NCBI GenBank assembly: GCA_964368835.1
Contig: CAYJCZ010000005.1
Coordinates: forward strand, 43,695 to 107,694
DNA: 64,000 bases
Source of the DNA: an uncultured Candidatus Saccharibacteria bacterium
GTDB taxonomy: Bacteria > Patescibacteriota > Minisyncoccia > Phycocordibacterales > UBA6065
Direction: 5' to 3'
Part shown: positions 27,209 through 38,311 of the stretch, piece by piece
Layout of the letters: every line of letters begins with the position of its first letter
Numbering within the stretch: position 1 is the stretch's first letter
The notes under the pieces: model-generated
Database searches by the model: none
The model's input: the letters and a program-made list of their open reading frames with translations, nothing else
Told to the model about the DNA's origin: nothing
Program-made: the position numbers and the translations under genes

Positions 27209-28178
27209 GAAAATAGATAGTGCCTTGAGGCTTCCTACCTGCAAAGAAATCAACAATATTTTGAGCCGCGATATGTGACATGTCAGAACGAGCCTCCTTT
27301 GTCGCAGAAGCGATATGAGGCGTTAAAATGACATTCGACATCTTCAAAAGCTCTTTTGATATCTTTGGTTCAAATTCAAAGACATCGAGTGCAGCGCCGG
27401 CAATTTTGCCTTTTGAGAGGGCGTGAGCAAGTGCTTTCTCATCCACAACCGGTCCTCGAGCTGTGTTTATGACAACTGCTGACGGTTTCATAGTTGCTAG
27501 CCGAGCAGTATTTATAAGATGCGTCGTTGATTCATTCAAAGCAACATGAAGGCTGATTACATCTGCGACCTTGCACAGCTCATCAATCTCGAGCCTTTTG
27601 GCACCAAGTTCTTTCTCAATCGTCACGTTTGGAGCAATATCTGCATACACAACATTCATACCAAAACCCCGGTGAAGTATCTGCGCAGCATTTGAACCAA
27701 TATGACCACTTCCGATAATACCAATGGTCTTACCCCTCAAGGTGTCGCCTATAAAGATATTCGGATCCCATCCTTTGTATTTACCCTTTGCAGTAAACAT
27801 ATGCGCCTCTGTCACCCTGCGAAGAAGTGAGACTGCGAGTGAAGCGGTAAATTCTGCAACCGCATATCCATCAATCGGAGTATTCGTAACAGCAATCTGA
27901 CCGGCTTTTGCAGCATCAAGGTCAATATTGTTGTACCCGACAGCATAGTTAGAAACAATTTTAAGCGACTTGGTTGCTTCAAGTACTTTTTTAGAAATCG
28001 GATCCGTGAGAAAGGAAATAATTCCGTCTGGCTTATGCTTTTGAAGAAGTGAGATTAATTCCTTTTCAGAATAACTCTTCTTATCAGACACAATGACATC
28101 AATCCCCTCCTTACCAAGGAGTGTTTCTGCTCCTTCTGGCAATCGATGGGTAATGAGAACTCTTTTTTGAATATCCAT
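27201..28178 (-). CDS. D-isomer-specific 2-hydroxyacid dehydrogenase (GhrB/PGDH-like)
   Basis: NAD-binding 'GKTIGIIGSGHIGSNAAQ' and the catalytic R/E/H triad region '...TARGPVVDEKAL...TPHIASAT'. Confidence 0.8.
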   Translation of the reverse strand: MDIQKRVLITHRLPEGAETLLGKEGIDVIVSDKKSYSEKELISLLQKHKPDGIISFLTDPISKKVLEATKSLKIVSNYAVGYNNIDLDAAKAGQIAVTNTPIDGYAVAEFTASLAVSLLRRVTEAHMFTAKGKYKGWDPNIFIGDTLRGKTIGIIGSGHIGSNAAQILHRGFGMNVVYADIAPNVTIEKELGAKRLEIDELCKVADVISLHVALNESTTHLINTARLATMKPSAVVINTARGPVVDEKALAHALSKGKIAGAALDVFEFEPKISKELLKMSNVILTPHIASATKEARSDMSHIAAQNIVDFFAGRKPQGTIYFPN

Positions 28179-28198
28179 AATAATTTAATAAAATTTGT

Positions 28199-28759
28199 CT
28201 AATTATACTCTTCTTTATTTTTTATGATGGAGACAAGCCATACCGCAATGGCAATCACTCCCAAACCAATAAACACCTCCTTTTCATATGATTTTATATT
28301 GTCGACAAAGAGGGTGAAAATATCGCCAAAGAAATAACCGCCAAAACAAAATAGAAGTGACCAAATTACAGAATTCAGAATATTTATGAAAACGAATTTT
28401 TTCGTTGAAAGCTCGCTTGTACCAAGGGCAAGAAGCGTTGGGATTCTGAGACCGTAAAGGAATCGATACCCGAAGAGAATTTTATTGTGATGCTCGTGAA
28501 CCAAACCACGAATGCGCTCTGAGCGAACTTTGATATGAGGTCTTTTCTCCAAAAATGCTGTACCGTGATTTCGGCCAATGTAGAAAAAGAACAGATCGCC
28601 CAAAAATGTTGCTAGAAATACCGTAGGCAACACAAACGAGAGATCCAGAAACCCGAGCTTTGAAAGCAATCCTCCTGCAATGACGACAATTTCACCTTCC
28701 AGGAATGTTCCCAGAAAAACCGCGATGAGACCGTACTGTGCAAGGATTACTTCGAGCAT
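28199..28759 (-). CDS. DedA/SNARE-associated family membrane protein
   Basis: 'LGTFLEGEIVVIAGGLL' DedA motif and about 5 TM helices. Confidence 0.7.
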   Translation of the reverse strand: MLEVILAQYGLIAVFLGTFLEGEIVVIAGGLLSKLGFLDLSFVLPTVFLATFLGDLFFFYIGRNHGTAFLEKRPHIKVRSERIRGLVHEHHNKILFGYRFLYGLRIPTLLALGTSELSTKKFVFINILNSVIWSLLFCFGGYFFGDIFTLFVDNIKSYEKEVFIGLGVIAIAVWLVSIIKNKEEYN

Positions 28760-28768
28760 GTGATGAGC

Positions 28769-31264
28769 CTATTCTTTGACTAGCCAACCGTCCTTGAGGT
28801 AAGAATCAAGCTTCTTCCATTTTACCTCTTTTTCTTCCCCATTTTTAGTGACAACTACTTTTTCATTCCTGCCTTTTCTATCACCCGCGACTGCAACGCT
28901 ATCGGATCCTAGAATACCTTTGGCATCGGATTCAATTGTGTTTAGAGGTTTAAGCTCAATTGAGTTGCCTCCCATATTGGGTAAAAGCGTAATCACCTGA
29001 GCATTGATAGAGATCTGCATTGATTTAAAGAGAGCAAGACCTTCACGCTTATATTCAACAAAAGGATCACGCTGTCCGTATGCGCGGAGATTTACTGATG
29101 AGCGTAGATAATCCATCGCTTCGAGGTGCTCAACCCAGAACATATCCAAAGTCTGCAAGAAAAGATGTCGGAGGGCCTGAGCAAAACCTTCTTCGCCAAA
29201 CATTTTTTTCTTTGCTTCAATCACGCTCATGATAGCCGGATCTTTATCGTCAACAATCGACATAAGATCTTTTACCACTTCTTCGTTTGTGCCTAAAAGC
29301 ATTTTGCGGCGGCGCTCGTAGATTGCCTTTCGATGAAGGTTCATCACGTCGTCATACTCAAGCACATGCTTTCGAGCATCAAAGTTGAAGCCTTCGATTC
29401 TTGTCTGTGCTGTTTCAAGCGAACGAGTAATCATGCTGTTTTCAATTGGCTCATCTTCAGGAATACCAAAGCGGCCCATCATCTTTTTAACCATGTCAGT
29501 TGCAAAGACGCGCATGAGGCTGTCTTCGAGCGAAACAAAAAATTGTGTCTCTCCCGGATCACCCTGACGACCAGATCGTCCTCGAAGCTGGTTATCAATT
29601 CGTCGCGCTTCGTGTCGTTCAGTACCGAGGACAAATAGACCTCCGACTGATTTTACTTTTTCAGAAAGTTCAGCTGACGCAGGAATACCTCCAAGCTTGA
29701 TGTCGACACCTCGACCCGCCATGTTGGTTGCAATGGTAACTGCACCGTATCGTCCCGCCTGAGCAATAATTTCACCTTCTCGCTCGTGATTCTTTGCATT
29801 AAGAATTTCATGAGCAACACCTTCTCGTCGTAGATACTCTGAAAGAAGCTCGTTTTTCTCGATTGAAACAGTACCAATAAGTACAGGCTGTCCTTTCTGA
29901 TTAACCTCTTTTACCTTGCGGGCAATTGCCTTAAACTTTCCTTTTTCTGTCTGAAATATTTGATCGTTACGATCTATTCGAGCAATTGATCGGTTGGTAG
30001 GAATCGCAATTGTGTTGAGGCCATACACCTTGAAAAATTCTTCTTTAGAAGTAAGTGCAGTACCCGTCATGCCAGAAAGCTTCTTATAAAGCCTGAAATA
30101 GTTTTGATACGTGATAGACGCAAAAGTACGAGTCTCCTTTTGAATGGCGACACCTTCCTTTGCTTCAATCGCTTGGTGAAGACCTTCTGACCAGCGACGG
30201 CCGGGCTGAAGTCGGCCGGTGAATTCATCAACAATAATAATTTCATTATTTTTGACTACATACTCTTTGTCTACATGGAAAAGAGCCTTGGCACGAACCG
30301 CTGTTTCCAAATGGTGAACGTATTTCACGCCTCGATCAGTATAAATATTATCGATTCCCAAAAGCTTTTCTGCTTTGGTAATACCCGCATCTGTAAGCGT
30401 AATTGCCTTTCTCTTTTCATCAATCTCAAAGTCTGTGTTTACTGAAAGATTTCCGGCAATCTTTGCAAACATTTTATAAAAATCCTCAGAGTCAGAGGTT
30501 GCTGAAGAAATAATAAGTGGCGTTCGAGCTTCGTCGATCAAAATTGAGTCAGCTTCGTCCACAATCGCAAAATTCCATTCTCTCTGGCGAAGATTTACAG
30601 GGTTATATTCGAGATTGTCTCGCAAGTAGTCGAAACCGAATTCCTGATTAGTTCCGTAAGTAATATCAGCAAGATATGCCTCCTTTCGCGTACATGGTTT
30701 CAAAAAGTCATACGCAACCTTAAACGATCCTTCTTCGTCTCGTTTAACATCTGCCTCTTTATGAGTCGGATCATATCGATATGAGGCTTCGTGGTTTACG
30801 ACAGCTGTTGTGAGTCCCAAGAAATCAAAAATTTGTCCCATCCATGCAGCATCTCTTCGAGAAAGATAGTCGTTTACAGTCACAAGATGCACTCCTTTTC
30901 CAGAAAGTGCATTCAAATAAAGTGGCAATGTTGCGACGAGCGTCTTTCCTTCACCAGTTCGCATTTCAGATATACCTCGTGAATGAATGATTGCACCACC
31001 AATCATTTGAACATCAAAGTGTCTCTGTCCTAGAGTTCGCTTAGATGCTTCTCGAACTGCAGCAAAAGCTTCTGGCAAAAGATCATCAAGAGACTCACCT
31101 TTAGAATGACGATCCTTAAACTCTGCTGTTTTAGCCTTTAGATTGGCATCAGAAAGAGCGCTTATTGATGGTTCAAAAGCGTTTATTTTGGGCACCAATG
31201 CCTCAAAAGCCTTTAGATCGCGGGTATTTTGGTCTCCAAACAGTTTGGACAGAATATTGGCCAT
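28769..31264 (-). CDS. secA: Preprotein translocase ATPase SecA
   Basis: 'MRTGEGKTLVATLPLYLNAL' DEAD-like motor, NBD2, HWD and HSD regions; the start was chosen at 'MANILSKLFG'. Confidence 0.95.
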   Translation of the reverse strand: MANILSKLFGDQNTRDLKAFEALVPKINAFEPSISALSDANLKAKTAEFKDRHSKGESLDDLLPEAFAAVREASKRTLGQRHFDVQMIGGAIIHSRGISEMRTGEGKTLVATLPLYLNALSGKGVHLVTVNDYLSRRDAAWMGQIFDFLGLTTAVVNHEASYRYDPTHKEADVKRDEEGSFKVAYDFLKPCTRKEAYLADITYGTNQEFGFDYLRDNLEYNPVNLRQREWNFAIVDEADSILIDEARTPLIISSATSDSEDFYKMFAKIAGNLSVNTDFEIDEKRKAITLTDAGITKAEKLLGIDNIYTDRGVKYVHHLETAVRAKALFHVDKEYVVKNNEIIIVDEFTGRLQPGRRWSEGLHQAIEAKEGVAIQKETRTFASITYQNYFRLYKKLSGMTGTALTSKEEFFKVYGLNTIAIPTNRSIARIDRNDQIFQTEKGKFKAIARKVKEVNQKGQPVLIGTVSIEKNELLSEYLRREGVAHEILNAKNHEREGEIIAQAGRYGAVTIATNMAGRGVDIKLGGIPASAELSEKVKSVGGLFVLGTERHEARRIDNQLRGRSGRQGDPGETQFFVSLEDSLMRVFATDMVKKMMGRFGIPEDEPIENSMITRSLETAQTRIEGFNFDARKHVLEYDDVMNLHRKAIYERRRKMLLGTNEEVVKDLMSIVDDKDPAIMSVIEAKKKMFGEEGFAQALRHLFLQTLDMFWVEHLEAMDYLRSSVNLRAYGQRDPFVEYKREGLALFKSMQISINAQVITLLPNMGGNSIELKPLNTIESDAKGILGSDSVAVAGDRKGRNEKVVVTKNGEEKEVKWKKLDSYLKDGWLVKE

Positions 31265-31289
31265 AGACGGCCATTCTAACATAAAAACC

Positions 31290-32309
31290 CTATCCTACCC
31301 ACTCGACTTCTCGCTCAATTACTATGCCAGTTTTCTCCTTTACGAGAGCTGATATTTGGGCAGAAAGTGCCTTAACTGCCTCAGAAGACGACCCGTGTTC
31401 TGCGACGACGACCAGTGGCTGCTTGTTAAACAGACCCGCGGTCCCGACTGTATAGCCTTTGAGTTTACAAACATGATCGAGTATCCAGGCTAAAGGAATT
31501 TTTACTTTATTTCCTGAAGGAAATGATGGGAGCTCTGGAAAAAGTAGTTTAAGGCGCTCAAATTCTGCTTTTTCTATTATTGGATTTTTCCAAAATGACC
31601 CTGCGGTACCCGTTTTGGTTAGATCTGGAAATTTTCCCATGCGAATTTCAATAACTGCGTCCCGTATTTCTTTTTGACTCGGTGAAGTATTTCCCTTGGC
31701 GAGAAAAAATTGCGTGATGTCCTTGTATGAAGTCTGTGGCCGAGAATCTAGAGAAAGTTTGAAAGTAACAGCGACGATAATGAATTTTTTATACTCAGGT
31801 CGCTTGAATATGCTGTCTCTGTAGGAAAAAGCGCATTCTGCACCCGTAAATTTCCTTTCCGTGCCTGTTTCTGTATCAATTGTCCGTACACTGTCGATAT
31901 AATCCATTACCTCCACACCATAGGCACCAATATTCTGAACAGGTGACGCTCCAACAGTGCCAGGAATAAGCGAAAGATTCTCGAGACCCCAGAAACCTTC
32001 TTTAACCGTGAACTCGACAAAATTATCCCACCCTTCTCCGGCGGCAGACGTTACGAGAACTGAGTCGGCTTTTTTCTCTGTAGTAATACCCCGAAGATTT
32101 ACCTGAATCACGAGGCCTGTAAATCCAGCATCAGAAAATAAAACATTCGATCCTCCGCCCAATACATGTATTGGCAACTTCTTTGATCGGGCAAAAGCCA
32201 AAGCCTCATTCAATTCCTCAATTGAATTTACTTTGCAGAAATATGAAGCTGTACCTCCTATTTGGAATGTTGTATACGGTACAAGAGAAATATCTTTCTC
32301 TATCTTCAT
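31290..32309 (-). CDS. murB: UDP-N-acetylenolpyruvoylglucosamine reductase
   Basis: FAD-binding 'LPIHVLGGGSNVLFSD' and a MurB C-terminal domain. Confidence 0.85.
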   Translation of the reverse strand: MKIEKDISLVPYTTFQIGGTASYFCKVNSIEELNEALAFARSKKLPIHVLGGGSNVLFSDAGFTGLVIQVNLRGITTEKKADSVLVTSAAGEGWDNFVEFTVKEGFWGLENLSLIPGTVGASPVQNIGAYGVEVMDYIDSVRTIDTETGTERKFTGAECAFSYRDSIFKRPEYKKFIIVAVTFKLSLDSRPQTSYKDITQFFLAKGNTSPSQKEIRDAVIEIRMGKFPDLTKTGTAGSFWKNPIIEKAEFERLKLLFPELPSFPSGNKVKIPLAWILDHVCKLKGYTVGTAGLFNKQPLVVVAEHGSSSEAVKALSAQISALVKEKTGIVIEREVEWVG

Positions 32310-32316
32310 AAAAGGC

Positions 32317-34659
32317 TTATTGAGCTTGAATCTCCTTTATGTACTGCTCGCCTTCTGCCTTGAATGACGGATCCAGTCGGATCATCTCCTGTAGTGTTGC
32401 TACCGCCGATGCCTTATCTCCTAGTTGGAAATAAGCAGAAACAAGATTCATTCGATTTTGCTTGTTTGTTGCATCTCGCGCAATTTTTGCCTTAAGAATC
32501 GGAATAACGTTTGCCCACTTTTTCATTTCTGCATAAGCCGAGAGAAACGCATCCTCTGCAGCATCCCCCAATAGCTCTTTTGCCTCTGCTTCTCGTCCAA
32601 CATAGATAAGTGCTGCACCGTACATTTGTCGTGCCTGAACATTTGAAGTTTCGAGTTCGTAGGATTTCTTGAAAATCTCCATCGCCTTTTCATACTGACC
32701 CGACATAACATACGCAGAACCTAGCTGAGAAAGAATTGTCTGTTTGTTTGGAGAAAGCTCGACAGCTTTAGTTAAGTTTTCAATCGCAAGATCGGTCTGA
32801 CTATATGAGCCATAGAATCCTCCGGCAAAAACATAGTATCGAGCGTCGTTTGAATACCTCTTGAGCTGTCGATCAACCGCCTCCTTTGTTGCTTCAAAGT
32901 ATTTCTGCCTCGTTTCAAGTGAAATTCCATTTCCATTCATAGGGCGAATCGACTCCACCATTCTTTCTGTAACCTCTGAACGACCCAAAGTATCGTATGA
33001 CAGCGCCTTGTTAAATGATGCAAGCGCAACCTCTGCATTAACAGGATTACCGCTCACAGCACGCAACGCATCAATGAGAGTTGTGCCTGTTGCATATCCT
33101 CGCCACACAAAGAAATAAAGTGAAAATACGAGTGCAACAAGAATAATAGGAGCTGCGACACGAGTATCTGAATCATCAAGCTCATCCGCATCTGAAGCGA
33201 CAGGCTGCATCAGCTTTGTAGAACTGTAATGAATGTACGCGAGCACACTGACAAACAAGATATAGCTTACGATGTTGTCGAACACAAAGAGGTTGTGAAA
33301 GACATATGCTGCACCAAGTCCTGTAATAAGTGCTTTCTCTGTAAACTCCAAGCCAATAGCCTTTTTCCACAAAAGATATATTGCAGAAACAAAGAGCGAG
33401 AGATACGCAAGAAGTCCGAGAAGTCCTCCTGCCACAAGCCAATCAAGAACTATGTTATGAGTGTGATCAAACCACTGTTCCTGAGCATACATGCGAGGAT
33501 CGTAATTCTTGTTGAACACATAATTGAAATTCTCCTGTCCCCAACCCAAAATCGGACGTTCCTTCCATCCTTCAATAGCCATTGGCCACACGTATGCACG
33601 CGCCTGTGTTTTGGTATCGTTCCATGAAATAGAAGCGAATCGAGAAAGGACCGGACTCTGTTGAACAAGAGCTGTATCCTTTATGCCGATGAATACCGAG
33701 ACAACGAGAATGATTGCTCCCACCGCAGACGCAGAAATAATCCGAGTTTTCTTATCCTTTTTGTTAAAGAGAGCAATGATAATTGCTGAAAGAAATAGCC
33801 CTCCGATAAGACCCAAAATCGCACCTCGAGTTGCAGTGAAAAAGAGTACAAAGGCAAACACTGGCACGCTGTAAAGATAGAGTGCAGCAGAAGTAAACTT
33901 TCGAGAAAGCCATGTGAAGACCGCGACAAGTCCAAGCACCACATATATCAAGAAGACACTTCGGCCAAGATTCGGAATCGAGCGTGTAAAGAGATCGTTG
34001 TAGTCTATGAAATACCATACATAGAGCATTACAAGCGCGACTCCTGAATACATCCAAATCGATGCGGTTCGTGTAATTTTCTCTCGGTGATATTTAAACG
34101 CCAACACAAGCGCAAAGAAAATATTGAAGACAAGGAAGATTGCGAGATACGTTGCGTTACCAAACTTACCGTCAACACGCACACCTCCTTGGTTTATTAC
34201 GAGTGCGCCCGATAGCTGGAAGAATGAATAGACACACATAAGGAAACTTGAGACCAAAGAGAGGCTCAAGAACTTCTTCCACAGACCCTCTGTTGCCATA
34301 ACAGATCCTGCGATGAGGAAGTAGAGGAAAAGATGAATGATGGTGACATACCCTTCCATTCGCTCAAAGTTTGACCAGAAGCTCTTCCATGGGCTTTCTC
34401 CGAAAATATTAGCGAGACCGATTACAGCGAGAAATGCCACAAATGACCACATGAGCGCTGACTTTCGTGGGCGAAATGCAGCATCCTTCATGCTCAAGAG
34501 AAGCCATGCAGCAAAGCCAATTTCAATCATGGCCCTAAAGAAGAATCCCTTACCGCTGATAAACGGGAAGAATAGATTATTTCCAACAATAAATGGCACT
34601 ATCAGTACTGAAAATACTGAAGCTATAACCGTTCCGCGTAATATTTTGTTTAATGTCAT
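32317..34659 (-). CDS. O-antigen ligase-like (Wzy_C) polytopic membrane protein with C-terminal TPR repeats (paralog of 13085..15499)
   Basis: A multi-TM N-terminal half, then TPR repeats ('AYVMSGQYEKAMEIFKKSYELETSNVQA', 'AYFQLGDKASAVATLQEMIRLDPS'). The track ORF (to 34998) overlaps the divergent flippase gene, so the internal Met 'MTLNKIL' at 34659 was preferred. Confidence 0.55.
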   Translation of the reverse strand: MTLNKILRGTVIASVFSVLIVPFIVGNNLFFPFISGKGFFFRAMIEIGFAAWLLLSMKDAAFRPRKSALMWSFVAFLAVIGLANIFGESPWKSFWSNFERMEGYVTIIHLFLYFLIAGSVMATEGLWKKFLSLSLVSSFLMCVYSFFQLSGALVINQGGVRVDGKFGNATYLAIFLVFNIFFALVLAFKYHREKITRTASIWMYSGVALVMLYVWYFIDYNDLFTRSIPNLGRSVFLIYVVLGLVAVFTWLSRKFTSAALYLYSVPVFAFVLFFTATRGAILGLIGGLFLSAIIIALFNKKDKKTRIISASAVGAIILVVSVFIGIKDTALVQQSPVLSRFASISWNDTKTQARAYVWPMAIEGWKERPILGWGQENFNYVFNKNYDPRMYAQEQWFDHTHNIVLDWLVAGGLLGLLAYLSLFVSAIYLLWKKAIGLEFTEKALITGLGAAYVFHNLFVFDNIVSYILFVSVLAYIHYSSTKLMQPVASDADELDDSDTRVAAPIILVALVFSLYFFVWRGYATGTTLIDALRAVSGNPVNAEVALASFNKALSYDTLGRSEVTERMVESIRPMNGNGISLETRQKYFEATKEAVDRQLKRYSNDARYYVFAGGFYGSYSQTDLAIENLTKAVELSPNKQTILSQLGSAYVMSGQYEKAMEIFKKSYELETSNVQARQMYGAALIYVGREAEAKELLGDAAEDAFLSAYAEMKKWANVIPILKAKIARDATNKQNRMNLVSAYFQLGDKASAVATLQEMIRLDPSFKAEGEQYIKEIQAQ

Positions 34660-34804
34660 AGGGAAAATATTACCATATAACACAATACTGTCTGCAACCT
34701 TTTTGACCTGTAATGTGTTATAACTACTACGATTTATGAAAGAGACTTGGAAAGCACCATTAATCCGCCTTTTAAGGCGTTCAGAGAAATACACCAAGAC
34801 AGAT

Positions 34805-35992
34805 ATGGTGTATTTCATGAAAGGTAATTTCTGGCTCACCGCGAGCAGGGTTGTTTCGGTAGGAAGTGGCATGATTCTCACCATTGCCTTCGCGAACCTA
34901 CTGTCGAAAGAGGTATTCGGCACATATAAGTACGTGATCGCTATCGCGGGATTTTTCACAGCATTCTCACTCTCCGGCTTGAGCCTTGCTTTAAGCAAGT
35001 CTGTAGCTCAGGGCAAACAGGATATCGTGAGGTCATTGTTTGGAACGAGCGTAAAATGGAGCATACCTGCAAGTATCGCCGCCCTTCTCGCAGCGCTTTA
35101 TTATTTCTATAAAGGAAATGTTGAACTCGGGACCGGCCTCGCACTCATCGCAGCATGCACACCTTTCCTTAACGGCTTCGGACTCTACAAAGGACTTCTG
35201 AGCGGTAAGGGAGATTTTAAGTCACTTGCTGTATGGAGCATACCGAGAAACATAATACCAATCATCGCTCTCGTAACGACGCTTCTCGTAACGAAAAGCA
35301 CAATTGCGATCGTCGTCGTGTATTTCATCTCTAACTTCATCGCAGGCTGGGCAACATACGCATGGTCATTACATAAGTACAAGATCGGAAACTCGCAAGA
35401 TGGAGTTAAAGAAACAGTTGAGTACAGTAAGCATCTCAGCTTTCTTGCTCTCTTCATCCAAGCCTCGAGCCAAATCGATCTCCTTCTTCTTTGGCACTTC
35501 ACGGGTCCAGCAGAGCTCGCCATATACACCTTCGCTCTTGCTCCTGTCCGTGAGATGAGGAACTTCTCAGAGAATTTTTTTCCTATAATATTCCCGAAAT
35601 ACGCGACCAAGACCGTAGAAGAAATCAGAATGAGCATGGGACTACGCCTACGACAAATGGGACTGGTCTCGATCGCAATCGCCGCAGTATATATTCTTGC
35701 TGCGCCTCTTATATTTAAAATTTTCTTTCCTCAATATCTCGCCTCAGTATTCCTGAGCCAGCTTCTAGCGCTCGCTATTGTCCTTCAACCGAAAGGACTC
35801 ATAGAAACCATGTTCCTTGCTCAAGGTGAGATAAAAAAGAGATACACTGTAGTAATTTTGACGAACGTTACAAAGATCGCCTTACTCTGCGTCCTGATAC
35901 CTACTCACGGGATACTCGGCGCAGTCATAGGAAGCATCGCGACTGAAATCGTTTCCACTATAATTATGTATATCGCCTATAAAAAGAAATAG
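34805..35992 (+). CDS. Polysaccharide/oligosaccharide flippase (Wzx-like, MOP superfamily)
   Basis: About 12 TM helices with the typical Wzx N-terminus 'NFWLTASRVVSVGSGMILTIAFANLLSKEVFGTYKYVIAIAGFF'; the start was chosen at 'MVYFMKG'. Confidence 0.65.
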   Translation: MVYFMKGNFWLTASRVVSVGSGMILTIAFANLLSKEVFGTYKYVIAIAGFFTAFSLSGLSLALSKSVAQGKQDIVRSLFGTSVKWSIPASIAALLAALYYFYKGNVELGTGLALIAACTPFLNGFGLYKGLLSGKGDFKSLAVWSIPRNIIPIIALVTTLLVTKSTIAIVVVYFISNFIAGWATYAWSLHKYKIGNSQDGVKETVEYSKHLSFLALFIQASSQIDLLLLWHFTGPAELAIYTFALAPVREMRNFSENFFPIIFPKYATKTVEEIRMSMGLRLRQMGLVSIAIAAVYILAAPLIFKIFFPQYLASVFLSQLLALAIVLQPKGLIETMFLAQGEIKKRYTVVILTNVTKIALLCVLIPTHGILGAVIGSIATEIVSTIIMYIAYKKK

Positions 35993-35994
35993 TC

Positions 35995-36549
35995 ATGGAA
36001 ACAATCAAACTGAGAATAAATAAAATTCTCGCGATATTCGATGTATCCCTGTCCCGTATCGACCGAAGCGAATACACATTTAGAGACGATCTCCATATAA
36101 AAGCAATCGTAGCGGCCAAGGAACCCAGAGGAAAGCGCATCCTTGATATCGGATCAGCGCGCGATTCATGGACAAAGGAAAAGTTCGGCAAAGATAACGA
36201 AGTCATATCATTCGATCTTGAAGGTGATGTTGATGTCAAAGGATCTATTCTCTCTGCCCCATTTGAAGACAAATCATTTGATCTCGTCTTTTTCTTTGAG
36301 ACCCTAGAACATGTCGACAATCCTTTTCTCGCCATACAAGAGATACGAAGAATACTTAAACCGAAAGGAATGCTCGTAGCCAGCGCGCCATTCATATACG
36401 AGCTCCATGGCGAAGATTATGGCGATTATTGGCGTATTACCAGACAGGGTTGGCAGAAGCTGCTTAAAGAATTTAAGGACATCGAAGTATCTTCTATGGG
36501 AAGACACGAATTGAAGCCTCATCATTATTTCATTAAAGCTATAAAATAA
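35995..36549 (+). CDS. Class I SAM-dependent methyltransferase (Methyltransf_11-like)
   Basis: 'ILDIGSARDSW' motif I, 'FDLVFFFETLEHVDNP' and 'RILKPKGMLVASAP'. It is a paralog of the 53872..54501 gene. Confidence 0.7.
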   Translation: METIKLRINKILAIFDVSLSRIDRSEYTFRDDLHIKAIVAAKEPRGKRILDIGSARDSWTKEKFGKDNEVISFDLEGDVDVKGSILSAPFEDKSFDLVFFFETLEHVDNPFLAIQEIRRILKPKGMLVASAPFIYELHGEDYGDYWRITRQGWQKLLKEFKDIEVSSMGRHELKPHHYFIKAIK

Positions 36550-36553
36550 AGGT

Positions 36554-38311
36554 ATGTGTGGGATTATAGCCATAGCAGGAAAAGGTATAGAAAAGGTGCA
36601 CGACGATAAGGTGGAAGCCATGCTCTCCTGCCTTGCTTTGCGTGGACCAGATGACCAGGCATTTGCGCGATTTCCCAGTGCCCTAGTTGGTCAAACGCGC
36701 CTCGCCATTGTTGACTTGGCGGGCGGTCATCAACCAATGAAGGATAATGCAAATCCTTACACCATTGTGTTTAACGGTGAAATCTATGGTTACAAGGATT
36801 TGCGATCCGATCTCGAAAAAAAGGGTCACAAATTCACCACGCACTCTGACACCGAGGTAATTTTGAAATCGTATGCAGAGTACGGTAAGGATTGCGTGAA
36901 ATATATTGACGGCATGTTCATGTTTGCCATTTATGATGAAAAGAAGGATGAACTTTTCATTGCACGGGACAGATTTGGTAAGAAGCCTTTCTACTACACA
37001 AACCACGAAGGACTCTTTATTGGTGCGTCAGAAATGAAATCCTTGTTCGCTCTGAAACTTTTTAAAGGCAAGATAGATCCTGAGGCTCTCGAGGAATATT
37101 TAAGACTCATGTATATTCCCCCTTACATGACGATATATTCAAATATATATACGTTGCCGCCGGCACATGCGGGAATTGTGAAAAACGGTGTACTGGAATC
37201 ATGGAGATATTGGCACCTAGAAAAGAAGGGAATTTCAATATCATATGAAGACGCAAAGAAGAAAGTAAAAGAGCTCTTTGATGATGCGGTTAAAAAAAGA
37301 ATGATTGCCGATGTTGAAATTGGAGCCCTCCTTTCTGGTGGAGTTGATTCAACGATCGTCACACAGTACGCCCAGAAGTATTCCAAAACCCCCATCAAAA
37401 CTTTTTCCGTCGGCTATGAAGGAGCAAAAAACGAGCTTCCTTATGCCGCAGAAGCATCAAAAAAGATAGGAACAGATCACCACACCATCGATGTTCACAC
37501 CGAACTCTCTACAGAGCTTGAAAACATAATCACCTATATGGATGAACCTCATGGAGATTCCTCAAATTTCCCTCAGCACCTCATTTCCGGAGTTGCATCA
37601 TCAAAAGTTAAAGTTGCATTAACCGGAGACGGAGCAGATGAAATATTTCTAGGATATGGTTGGTACCAGAAATACTGGCATACACCTCGGTGGAAACCAT
37701 CGAGAATCTTTGGTAATCCTTTTTCTGCCGCTCAAAAAGCAATCACCATATTTGATACTAGTGAGAGAAAGAGGCTTTTGGTCAATCCAGTTGAAAACAG
37801 AAAAAACGTATATGAAAAAGAAATTCTAGATCCGATCAAGGATCCCATCTCTAAAATAAATGCTTTTGACCTCAATATTTATTTGCCGGGCCAGCTCCTT
37901 TCAAAAATAGACAGGACCAGCATGATGCATTCGCTTGAGATACGTTCGCCGTTTCTCGATACTGCGCTTGTGGAGTTTGTATACAATCTGCCCCTTGAAT
38001 ATAAAATGACAGAGTCTAAAAACAAGATTATCCTCAAAGATATCCTGTCAGAAACTTTTCCGGATGAATTCGTTAATAGACGTAAACAAGGTTTCGGTGC
38101 ACCAGTCGAACGATGGCTTAAAGAAGCAAAAATGCAGAAAAGCATCGATGTAATCCTAGACGAGCGAAATAGGATGTTTAATTACATCGACAGAACAAAG
38201 GTATTTGAAATCTACAATGATTTCTACGGTAAAAGTATCGGCGCACAGAAGCTATGGCTCCTAGTCTGCCTTGCCTTGTGGTTTAGAACGCACTCCGACG
38301 TAATCGCTTAG
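36554..38311 (+). CDS. Asparagine synthase (glutamine-hydrolysing) family amidotransferase
   Basis: 'MCGIIAI' with the Cys2 nucleophile, and 'SGGVDS' PP-loop. In this setting it is probably a sugar-uronate amidotransferase (WbpS-like) rather than housekeeping AsnB. Confidence 0.85.
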   Translation: MCGIIAIAGKGIEKVHDDKVEAMLSCLALRGPDDQAFARFPSALVGQTRLAIVDLAGGHQPMKDNANPYTIVFNGEIYGYKDLRSDLEKKGHKFTTHSDTEVILKSYAEYGKDCVKYIDGMFMFAIYDEKKDELFIARDRFGKKPFYYTNHEGLFIGASEMKSLFALKLFKGKIDPEALEEYLRLMYIPPYMTIYSNIYTLPPAHAGIVKNGVLESWRYWHLEKKGISISYEDAKKKVKELFDDAVKKRMIADVEIGALLSGGVDSTIVTQYAQKYSKTPIKTFSVGYEGAKNELPYAAEASKKIGTDHHTIDVHTELSTELENIITYMDEPHGDSSNFPQHLISGVASSKVKVALTGDGADEIFLGYGWYQKYWHTPRWKPSRIFGNPFSAAQKAITIFDTSERKRLLVNPVENRKNVYEKEILDPIKDPISKINAFDLNIYLPGQLLSKIDRTSMMHSLEIRSPFLDTALVEFVYNLPLEYKMTESKNKIILKDILSETFPDEFVNRRKQGFGAPVERWLKEAKMQKSIDVILDERNRMFNYIDRTKVFEIYNDFYGKSIGAQKLWLLVCLALWFRTHSDVIA